This document shows positions 1 through 7,650 of a stretch of 64,000 bases of DNA, in pieces. Location of the stretch: sequence record OR529409.1, one strand, 5' to 3'. Within the stretch, counting starts at the first letter, position 1, and every line of letters begins with the position of its first letter. A model generated the notes under the pieces. It was not told the origin of the DNA. It saw only the letters and a program-made list of their open reading frames with translations, and ran no database searches. A program made the position numbers and the translations under genes.

Positions 1-62
1 TTTCGGATTTATAAACACAATCTTCATAAGCGGTCTAAATTCCATAAATTAAGGAAAGGTCA

Positions 63-383
63 ATGAGATCTTTTACGCAACCCTTTATGATACATCGATA
101 CCCTAGTGTCGATAAGTTCATAAAGGAACCCGGGAACAAATCTCTGTTGTTATTGAGCTTCTTCAACTTAGAGATCAAAATCAAAAACGCAGAGCTTAGG
201 GCTGTTAACAATCCATTTCCAGGAGATGTGTTCTTTACTGAGGAAGTCGGTAACGATAAAATTCTCTTAGTTGTCCGGGTTAACCTCGGTACCGGGGAAC
301 GTTACTACCAACTCAATAATCTGGAATGGGTTGTTTGCACTAACTCTCTCACGGTGAGAGAACTCACCTTACTTTTAAATTAA
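63..383 (+). CDS. hypothetical protein (106 aa)
   Basis: ORF with AAGGAAAGG RBS-like sequence upstream; co-oriented with the next three ORFs. Confidence 0.7.
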   Translation: MRSFTQPFMIHRYPSVDKFIKEPGNKSLLLLSFFNLEIKIKNAELRAVNNPFPGDVFFTEEVGNDKILLVVRVNLGTGERYYQLNNLEWVVCTNSLTVRELTLLLN

Positions 384-404
384 CTTATCTTTAGGAAAAC
401 CGCC

Positions 405-926
405 ATGTATAAACTTTATTGCGCGTTCCCTGGTTGTGGAAAATCAACCATTTACAATGACGCTGAATCATTTGGGTTCTTCCCTATGATAACCATACCT
501 GGATTCATAACTAGTATGTCAATGAAGGCGTTCAAGGATAATCTAAAGCCTCTTTTCGATTCAGATAGTTCTCAGTTTGACAAGGTTGAATTCCCGCAAA
601 ATTACATTCAACATATTAAGTCGCACATCGACTTCTGTTCAGGTGTCATGCCCGGCCTGACAATGTTCGTCAGCTCCCATGATGTGGTAAGAAAGGCATT
701 AAAAGAAAATGCTTTGGATTACACGCTGGTTTATCCGGACAGGTCCTTAAAAGAGGAATGGATAGAACGCTACAATAAACGAGGTTCCCCGCAATCGTTT
801 ATTGATCTTCTTACCAATAAGTGGGACGATTTCATTGACTCATGTGAAAGCGACGACGGATGTAAAGAGCGGTTCGTACTTCAATCTGGTCAAGGCCTAT
901 CGGATATCATTAAATCCTCCCTCTAA
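405..926 (+). CDS. P-loop NTPase/nucleotide-kinase-like protein
   Basis: N-terminal Walker A-like AFPGCGKS; AGGA RBS; size typical of small phage kinases. Confidence 0.65.
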   Translation: MYKLYCAFPGCGKSTIYNDAESFGFFPMITIPGFITSMSMKAFKDNLKPLFDSDSSQFDKVEFPQNYIQHIKSHIDFCSGVMPGLTMFVSSHDVVRKALKENALDYTLVYPDRSLKEEWIERYNKRGSPQSFIDLLTNKWDDFIDSCESDDGCKERFVLQSGQGLSDIIKSSL

Positions 927-941
927 TTTAGGGTAATCATC

Positions 942-1448
942 ATGAAAGACGTTAAAGTTATCGGTCAAACAGAACAACGCGTCATCGACAAAGCACGCGC
1001 CTACAATAACCTCGTCAATGAAACCGATTTCGGAGACGGTAAAATCAAAACGGTTAACGAAGCTATCGTCCAACGCCTGCTCTGTGAAGCAGAGGAGCTC
1101 GGTTTAGATATCGATCAAGAACCGTTTGCTTCTCTGGGGAATCGCCAATTCACATTCTACCGCGTCCCGGAAGAAACCCATCGGTATCCTTGGTACCATC
1201 ATGTCAACAGTTTCTGTCAAGTTGAGCAGGCGTTACAAAACGGCGAATCTTCCGAATGGCAGCTCGACATTAAAGGCATGCTTTATAAAGTATCTGTTGA
1301 CCGTTCGACAGGAACCAGAGCTTACCATATCAATGACCAACGTATCTGCGATTGCACCGGTACTCCGACGTTACAAGATTTCAAAGATCTCTTCTCCGAA
1401 GAACGTCGTCGTTATTTCCAGCGATTAGAGCAGACCCTTCGGGGTTAG
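942..1448 (+). CDS. hypothetical protein (168 aa)
   Basis: ORF in operon, GGGT RBS-like. Confidence 0.7.
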   Translation: MKDVKVIGQTEQRVIDKARAYNNLVNETDFGDGKIKTVNEAIVQRLLCEAEELGLDIDQEPFASLGNRQFTFYRVPEETHRYPWYHHVNSFCQVEQALQNGESSEWQLDIKGMLYKVSVDRSTGTRAYHINDQRICDCTGTPTLQDFKDLFSEERRRYFQRLEQTLRG

Positions 1449-1456
1449 GAGTTGAG

Positions 1457-1948
1457 ATGGATAAGAAAGGTCAAGGTTCTCTTTACGGTAAACTCTCCTT
1501 TTTGGGTTTTCGCACCGGTGAAAACCCAAAGGAAGGTTTCGATCTTCTAGATTTCGTATGGGGGGTGACACCCGGTGAACTTTCCAATTCCGAAGTAATG
1601 GGGGTGTATTTAGATCCGTTCTCGCTTAAAGTAGAGAAAGTGGTGCTGAAGACGGGCGAAGAGATAATGACGGCCGGATGTACTCTAAACTACTCGGGTA
1701 TAGCTGCTAATCACACAAGTCATATCTACCATGTCCGGGCGGAGGTCTATGGAAGGGGTAATTGCGACTTCGGATTAATTTATGATCACGAAACTGAGAA
1801 ACTCCATTTCATTGAACGCAGCGATATTAACATCAAAGAAAGTGAGGAGCTTCAACACGCAACTATTGAAAAACTCATACTTTCTTACGACGTGGTAAAA
1901 TTCGAAGGTAGTCCGCAAGAATATATCGAATTTATGAAAACTCGTTAA
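1457..1948 (+). CDS. hypothetical protein; start moved to ATG 1457 (MDKKGQG)
   Basis: AGGAG at 1447-1451 precedes ATG 1457; removes the overlap with the upstream gene. Confidence 0.7.
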   Translation: MDKKGQGSLYGKLSFLGFRTGENPKEGFDLLDFVWGVTPGELSNSEVMGVYLDPFSLKVEKVVLKTGEEIMTAGCTLNYSGIAANHTSHIYHVRAEVYGRGNCDFGLIYDHETEKLHFIERSDINIKESEELQHATIEKLILSYDVVKFEGSPQEYIEFMKTR

Positions 1949-1955
1949 AACCAAC

Positions 1956-1999
1956 TATACCCTCCTCCCCTTATCGGGGAGGAGGGTATAACTTATTTT
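1956..1999. terminator. bidirectional intrinsic terminator
   Basis: 15-bp stem TATACCCTCCTCCCC/GGGGAGGAGGGTATA, loop TTATC, T-tract downstream; lies between convergent genes. Confidence 0.85.
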
Positions 2000-2003
2000 T
2001 TTC

Positions 2004-3494
2004 TTACTTGTACGCGTCTTTAGTCAGCGTTCGTAAAACGATATACAGCATCAGACTCGTTCTTAATGAACTTACTGTAATGCGGGTTTTTATCCCCGTC
2101 AGTTGTCTAACAATGTCATCGCCTTCATCTCGCATCTTAAAGACACTTTGGTTCTGACTGCGGCTACTGAGATACGCCCCACGCATTCGACGTAACACTT
2201 CTCTCAGGTCGTTTGCCCGAATACCGTTTTCCGTTAAGTATTCGAACAAGTGGGTGGTAACTTCGTCGACGAACTCTCTGTACTTAGCTCCCTTGGGCGA
2301 GTTATACTGATCGGGAAATACCCGGATAATTCGCTCCAGTTTATCTCTGGGAGAGTTGTCAATGGCTTCCGCAGCGTAACCTACCAGCTCGTCCTTGTAA
2401 AAGCCTGCAGAAGAACTGAGGACGTTTTGGATGTAGTTTTTATACTGAGTAACGTTCTTCGTCACCTCTCGTACACTTACTCCATCTTCCAGCGTGACCA
2501 TCCCACCGTCCAATCTGACGATATTGGTTTTCGATTTCACTTCATGGAAAACTTTGTTAATGTCGTTGATCACGCCTCTGAGTCGATCCTGGATATCACC
2601 GACCATGTAAATGATTTTCTTGTCATCATCCATGGTGGTAAACGTTTTATAATGGATCCCCGTTTTGGGATCTAAAATAAACTCAGCCCTGGCTCGGATT
2701 AACGCCATCCAACTACCGTAACGTTTGATGTCATAACGCATGCTTAAACGGTTATAAGTTTCCATAGCGATCTCTTTCTTCGCCAGGTATTTATAATCGT
2801 TCGCCATAATACTCGTCAAACATTTGTAATGGTACATCGCTAAGATGTTAACCATCGCATTGTGTTTAACGCGGTCATGGAGATCGCTATGAAACGTCCG
2901 GTATAACAAATAAACAATACTCAGGTTGAACACGTCACCGGTAACTTTCCAGGTCGCATTGATCAGTTTACAGGCGTGGAGGTTTTCTCGTAACTCTTCT
3001 TCGTCGACATCGAAGATTTCAGCGAACCAGCGGTTTCTGTCTTCTGATGTGAAAACGATTCGGTGGATGCCCAAATAGGGATTACCAAAGAATTCCACGT
3101 ACTGTTCGTTCTTGGTGGTAAACCCAATGACGTACCGGGTCAGTCTATCGGCCCAACGGTTATCGATTTCTAAATCGTGTCCGAATGCGTTAAACACACC
3201 GAGTATCGCGTGATCGGTATTGAAATTGTAATTGGGTAGCAGAGCTTCAAAACCAGATATCCCAAATGTTTTTTGAAGGAGTTTCTCGATTCCCTTGTCG
3301 GGGGTAATCTCCTCGAACATTTTGACTTCGGGTTCGGCGTCGTACATCCCATCTTCGACCAACATCGGATCTCCGCTTAAAATCCCACTGGGATCAAATA
3401 CCGGTAATCCAGAAAGCTTATCGAACCATTGACGGTCGTCATTCTGAAAATAGCTCTCAGAACCATTGAGACGATCTGCGTATTGATTAAACAT
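2004..3494 (-). CDS. conserved phiKZ-like core/virion-associated protein (496 aa)
   Basis: Long ORF; position upstream of phuZ matches the conserved phiKZ-like pair as I recall it (synteny inference). Confidence 0.6.
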   Translation of the reverse strand: MFNQYADRLNGSESYFQNDDRQWFDKLSGLPVFDPSGILSGDPMLVEDGMYDAEPEVKMFEEITPDKGIEKLLQKTFGISGFEALLPNYNFNTDHAILGVFNAFGHDLEIDNRWADRLTRYVIGFTTKNEQYVEFFGNPYLGIHRIVFTSEDRNRWFAEIFDVDEEELRENLHACKLINATWKVTGDVFNLSIVYLLYRTFHSDLHDRVKHNAMVNILAMYHYKCLTSIMANDYKYLAKKEIAMETYNRLSMRYDIKRYGSWMALIRARAEFILDPKTGIHYKTFTTMDDDKKIIYMVGDIQDRLRGVINDINKVFHEVKSKTNIVRLDGGMVTLEDGVSVREVTKNVTQYKNYIQNVLSSSAGFYKDELVGYAAEAIDNSPRDKLERIIRVFPDQYNSPKGAKYREFVDEVTTHLFEYLTENGIRANDLREVLRRMRGAYLSSRSQNQSVFKMRDEGDDIVRQLTGIKTRITVSSLRTSLMLYIVLRTLTKDAYK

Positions 3495-3502
3495 ATCGTC
3501 TC

Positions 3503-4348
3503 CTAGATCCGACTTGGGACAGCGTTTCTGATGGCGTTGTATCTCCGATCCGGGTCAGAATACGTCATGAGTTTTATCCAGCGAGTTTTAAACAATTCCT
3601 CGTACTGGTTAAGACTGTCACGGTACTCACTGATATCGTCACGGATAATATCAACCTGGACCCCAGAGCGGGCTACTCCTTCGTCGACTTTGTACCGAAC
3701 TGTTTTCCAGATGTAGTTCTTGGTCATCAGGATAACTAAGTCGCCAAATACGTCGTAGGCTCTCGGATGGATCGTGGATAAACCATCGTCGTAACTCAGG
3801 ATAAGTTTACCTGTCAGGGAGAACACCCCACTCGGCGCGCCATGGATCACAAACGAGTTATTCCCGACGAGAGTTATATTCGTGAACGTCTGGGGGATTT
3901 CTCGGTTGGGTAACATCCCGTTGATCATGGAGTTCAGTGCGTCGTTGACAGTACCTACCCCGCATGAGTCAGCATTGCCAAGTACGCTCATGATCCCACT
4001 GGAGGAATTCATCGCCCCCTGGTAAACTTCCACAACCGAAATAATTTTCCGACCGCCCGTCAAGAAATCAGGGACGTTAACCAGCTGCATCCCTTGGCCG
4101 AGATGTTCAATCCGAGATCCGGTTAAATCAATCAGCTCCGTCACCCCACCCTGGACGTTACACCGGGGTAGGATGATCGCATGTATAATTTTTTCTCGAA
4201 TACCTTGCTGAACGGTGGTCTGCGCGTACTGGTTATACCAGTTCCCGGTCAGATTCCCGTTAGGGTTCGAGAACGCAAGCTCCAACAGGTACTCGGGGAT
4301 GTCACTCCCGTTGAGAACTTTGTTGATCGCGTAGTCCACGCAGTTCAT
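3503..4348 (-). CDS. conserved phiKZ-like protein; start probably ATG 4348 (MNCVDYAINKV)
   Basis: GGGAG RBS on the minus strand before ATG 4348; N-terminus resembles a conserved jumbo-phage protein as I recall it. Confidence 0.6.
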   Translation of the reverse strand: MNCVDYAINKVLNGSDIPEYLLELAFSNPNGNLTGNWYNQYAQTTVQQGIREKIIHAIILPRCNVQGGVTELIDLTGSRIEHLGQGMQLVNVPDFLTGGRKIISVVEVYQGAMNSSSGIMSVLGNADSCGVGTVNDALNSMINGMLPNREIPQTFTNITLVGNNSFVIHGAPSGVFSLTGKLILSYDDGLSTIHPRAYDVFGDLVILMTKNYIWKTVRYKVDEGVARSGVQVDIIRDDISEYRDSLNQYEELFKTRWIKLMTYSDPDRRYNAIRNAVPSRI

Positions 4349-4842
4349 AATCAACTCCCACACTGAGTTTCGGGACTGGAGGAATTTCCGTCTCGATAAA
4401 AATTCAACTGAGAATTTTTACTCTGGGGTTTCGGCGGTTATAATATTTCACTGCGGGAATTTAAAAACTCAACGGGTTTACGATCCCGTATGTTTTTGAG
4501 TTTTATTTCCCGTATAAAATACTCCGTGCCGTAAGACAACACCCCACAGAAAAAACCTCGCCTCCGGAAAAAATTCCTCGAAGGCGAGTTGCCATGATCT
4601 CACTCGAGCAAGAATCAATCCGACATACAATCCCAAGCGCTCCGAAATTTTTTTCTTCGGAATTTTGGTCATTGGTAAATTTTTACATACAAATCTATTT
4701 TATATTTGTATTTTTCGCTTGCGCGGATATTCTAATTTTTCAAAGATAATCTAAAACCGATTCCGGTTCTGGGTTTTTTATTTTTCTGTGTTTTGATTTT
4801 CCAAATCCAATTTTCAAAAATCTAAATCTAAAAATCTAAAAA

Positions 4843-5217
4843 ATTTAATACTCAAAAATCGATTTTTGCTAGGGGTCCTTATTACGCGTGCGTACGCCCG
4901 CACGCATATAAAAAATAAATATAATACGTAGTATTATATTTTCCTTTGGTTTTATATTTTTAATTTATTAAAAATATATTAATATAAATTATTATAAATA
5001 TTTTTTATTAGTTTGTTTTTATAAAAAATATATAAATATATATTTATATATATTTATATTCATTAGGCGCGCGCCAGCGTGCGTGTGTGTACGTGCGCGC
5101 ACGCGTAATAGAGAAGGGGTTATAAAAATACAAGATTGGCCCTGAGAGATTATCCAGAAAAAATCACACAGAGTAAAAATATTAACCGGAATGATTTTGA
5201 GAAGATTTAATACTCAA
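4843..5217. other. origin-like element: near-pure AT core flanked by inverted and direct repeats
   Basis: 13-bp IR TATTACGCGTGCG 4880-4892 / CGCACGCGTAATA 5098-5110; about 155-bp almost all-AT core 4907-5065; 13-bp direct repeat ATTTAATACTCAA at 4843-4855 and 5205-5217. Function inferred. Confidence 0.5.
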
Positions 5218-5452
5218 CCTAGGAATTCGTATCAGTCGGATGAAAAAACGTTTTAGAAATCGATACAGGAATTTTTAGAGGGTGTTCTGATCGAGTTCTC
5301 AGGAAGGATTATTCACTGAATAAAAATATTTTAATCAAGATAATTAATTTTTACCGCAAGTTAGATTTATCGAGACAAGAAGATTTAACCGCAAAGTAAT
5401 ATCTTACGGAGAGCATAATCTTCTGAGCAGGACAGAGATCTCGAATTGTCAG

Positions 5453-6247
5453 ATGGCAAATACCCCATCCGTTCGAAAGTTAACCCGAAACATCCCTAAG
5501 AGGCGATATCCTATGCAACCAGCTAACCCATGGAAAAACAACAAGCACGTTAAATCACAAGACTCAGCAAGTGTTGATCGTTACGAATCCCTGTTACAAG
5601 AATTACCTGATGCGTTGAATGCAACCCCTCGAGATCCCGGATATCTTATAGCGACTAAAAAGATTTTATTAGTCCTGGAAATGTCTGAAGGAACCCGACT
5701 GACCGTTCGCAACGTGATGGAAAACCCAGACATGATTCGTAAGGTCCACGAGTTGTTGGTGGAGTTAGGCTGGAAGCAAGCGATTAGCCGAGGGACTCAG
5801 GTTTTCGTCACTCACCAGGATTTAATTAAACCGAGTATCTACCGCTTAATCGACCTCGACGCTAATGGGATCGGTTACGCTAACGAACTGCTGAATAATA
5901 TTTTATTAGACCGTCGGTTCAGTGCTCGGGTAGACAATAACGATATTCGAATCCTCCCAGGAGACCGTAGCGCAAGTAACCCCTTTAGCCTGCTGTCGTC
6001 TAACGTCGTCAGTGGTTGGCGTAAAGCCATACGGGATTACGACAAAAGCGTGACGGGTAATCTTATTGGACACATGACGGTTGTCGGCGAAGACAATACG
6101 AATATCCCGCTTGATTTAAAACTGGTTTTCGCTCTGCTGGATTACATTGGGTGGCCAGAAATGTATTTTACTGGCGAACAGATTTTATTGAGTAACCCCA
6201 TTGGGGATTATCAAACCCTTGAAGTGAATTTCATCGACCCTGAGTAA
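5453..6247 (+). CDS. orphan hypothetical protein (264 aa; alternative start ATG 5513 with GAGG RBS)
   Basis: Only long ORF in the 4350-7750 island; no recognisable motif. Confidence 0.75.
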   Translation: MANTPSVRKLTRNIPKRRYPMQPANPWKNNKHVKSQDSASVDRYESLLQELPDALNATPRDPGYLIATKKILLVLEMSEGTRLTVRNVMENPDMIRKVHELLVELGWKQAISRGTQVFVTHQDLIKPSIYRLIDLDANGIGYANELLNNILLDRRFSARVDNNDIRILPGDRSASNPFSLLSSNVVSGWRKAIRDYDKSVTGNLIGHMTVVGEDNTNIPLDLKLVFALLDYIGWPEMYFTGEQILLSNPIGDYQTLEVNFIDPE

Positions 6248-6319
6248 TTCCTAACGACAGAGTGATGTTATTAGTAAAGATCTTTGGACTCCCTGTTGAT
6301 TAACTAGCGACCCAACCTC

Positions 6320-6490
6320 ATCTCTTTGAACCTCCTTACCACGAGCGAGATAGCCAAAGTAGCTAGAGATTTTCAGGGGGTTCAATCCCCATTATTCGTT
6401 AATCTTATTAGACCCATTGTCCTTAGCCATGTAGCGACGGCCATTCTCCTGTGACAGACAAGTTTTTTGTTCAATGGGATAGATTAACGT
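6320..6490 (+). ncRNA. structured RNA domain upstream of the hammerhead
   Basis: Helices 6326-6336/6375-6385 (11 bp with one G-U), 6397-6405/6481-6489 (9 bp), nested 6413-6419/6472-6478 (7 bp); no ORF of 60 aa or more in the track. Confidence 0.6.
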
Positions 6491-6499
6491 TTTTCTTCA

Positions 6500-6572
6500 C
6501 GTCGTGTTATCTGATGAGTCTTCGACGCTAAACAAGACGAAACCTAATGAATCTATTTTATTAGGTCATAAT
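6500..6572 (+). ncRNA. hammerhead ribozyme, type I, predicted cleavage GUC after C6567
   Basis: CUGAUGA 6511-6517; stem II GUCUU 6518-6522/AAGAC 6534-6538; GAAA 6539-6542; stem III 6542-6551/6557-6566 (10 bp, one G-U); GUC 6565-6567; stem I 6506-6510/6568-6572; loop II CGACG 6523-6527 complements CGUCG 6500-6504 (pseudoknot). Confidence 0.9.
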
Positions 6573-7215
6573 TCAACCTAAGCGTTGAACGGGCAGTTAG
6601 GGGCAATGGTCCCCGAGGTCTTCAGCTTCTTCGCCTGCCCGCACTAAAAAGTTCTTTCATGATTAGGAGTGCCGCACTCTACGAGCGGACAATAAGCAAC
6701 CGAAAGTGGGAGAGAAAGAAGCGTGTCTGGTCGCTTGCCGGAAAGTTGGTTCAGGCCGGTTTCTTCCCAACCCAAACGACGCTGCCCAAGATAGGGCTGC
6801 AAGTCGTATTAGCGAATTATACCGGTATGCGGGGTTTCCGCGATAAACCGGGTTAGCTACGGGTAAGAAACCGGCCGGAGTAATCAGCCTTTCGTATTCG
6901 GGTAACGTGAGTTATTGTAGAGATATCTCTGAGGGTTAGGCCAACCCCCGACGTTCTCCGAGTCCGAAGGGAAGCTTGCTCAGCTTCGTAGGAACTCCAA
7001 AATCTCAGACGGTCACACCTCGCAATCTTACGGCAGTATGATTGCCTATTCGTCCTTTGTCGCTCACCAAGGGGCGAGTAGGAAACCTCTGCCACGGCGT
7101 TTCGTTTGCCTTTTACCATTGCTTTTGTTATAACCTCTCTGTTTGAGTTGAGTGTTAACTTCCCCAAGAGTATAACCTGTTATCTCTCTCTTCGTGAGAA
7201 GTCGGAGATAATGGG
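6572..7215 (+). ncRNA. large structured RNA of unknown class (about 640 nt)
   Basis: Many nested helices, e.g. 6590-6596/6635-6641, 6754-6765/6865-6876 (12 bp perfect), 6877-6881/6994-6998, 6971-6976/6982-6987, 7032-7037/7041-7046, 7127-7132/7171-7176, 7180-7186/7205-7211; G-U pairs read correctly only on the + strand. Confidence 0.65.
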
Positions 7216-7237
7216 GTAAATTCTTAGGAGGTTCGTT

Positions 7238-7426
7238 ATGTACACATACCAGTATACCGTGCGATACCGAATACCTAATTCTGTGTTTACGACTTACAGC
7301 GGAGAAATTACTTCCGACTGTTTGCTCACTAACGCTAATCGCATCTTTGACGTTTTGCGCACTGAGGTTCATAAAGCTACTAACGTTAACTCGTTTAGCA
7401 TTACGAACTTTAAGCTGAAAGAATAA
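7238..7426 (+). CDS. small protein (62 aa) inside the structured-RNA transcript
   Basis: Perfect AGGAGG RBS at 7226-7231, ATG 7238. Confidence 0.7.
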   Translation: MYTYQYTVRYRIPNSVFTTYSGEITSDCLLTNANRIFDVLRTEVHKATNVNSFSITNFKLKE

Positions 7427-7594
7427 GTCGAGCTACGCGCTCAACCTACCTTAGGGCCGGAAGTAGTTACGACTTAGGGGGAAAGAAGAGTCGTGCCTTT
7501 AAGTACCCCAACCCAATTCGTGTGGTGATCTCTCACATCATCTCATGAATATCGCCACATCATCATTAAAGTTCTACCATGAATTTTTATTCCT

Positions 7595-7626
7595 TCCAGT
7601 AGGGTTCGGCCCTACTGGACTTTTTT
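7595..7626 (+). terminator. intrinsic terminator closing the structured-RNA unit
   Basis: TCCAGTAGGG/CCCTACTGGA 10-bp stem, loop TTCGG, followed by a T6 tract. Confidence 0.9.
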
Positions 7627-7650
7627 CGCGTTTTTTAAATCGGCAGTTGT

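Noticed and set aside
4478-4672. 64-aa minus-strand ORF
   Set aside because: No RBS; it overlaps a hairpin-rich region; not supportable as a gene.
4907-5065. AT-rich tract as a sequencing or assembly artefact or a simple microsatellite
   Set aside because: It is not a perfect tandem repeat and is symmetrically bounded by a 13-bp IR and direct repeats, which argues for a real element; read-level confirmation was not possible.
6370-6395. GGGGGTTCAATCCCC resembles a tRNA T-arm
   Set aside because: Only 3 bp of T-stem, and no acceptor, D or anticodon arms; the sequence pairs better with 6326-6336.
6575-6605. CCTAAGCGTTGA and TTAGGG resemble pistol ribozyme motifs
   Set aside because: The elements are in the wrong order, and P1 and the UUAAAUAG linker are absent.
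6694-6725. GCAACCGAAAGTGGGAGAGAAAG resembles a c-di-GMP-I riboswitch
   Set aside because: The P2 stem does not pair properly and P3/tetraloop receptor is absent.
6776-6860. Resemblance to a group II intron: GCCCAAGATAGGG..AAGTC like a group IIA 5' end, and a domain-V-shaped hairpin at 6822-6851
   Set aside because: No GUGYG 5' end, no AGC/CGC triad in register, no domain VI and no maturase. A permuted or derived intron cannot be excluded without a covariance-model search.
6580-7230. Group I intron, RNase P, tmRNA or CRISPR array as the identity of the structured region
   Set aside because: No P7 GACUA/UAGUC pair, no GAGGAAAGUCC, no tmRNA ends or tag, and no spaced direct repeats were seen.
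6659-7372. ORFs 6659-6856 (+), 6853-7167 (-) and 7064-7372 (-)
   Set aside because: Implausible composition, weak or no RBS support, and they overlap the structured RNA or the better-supported 62-aa ORF.
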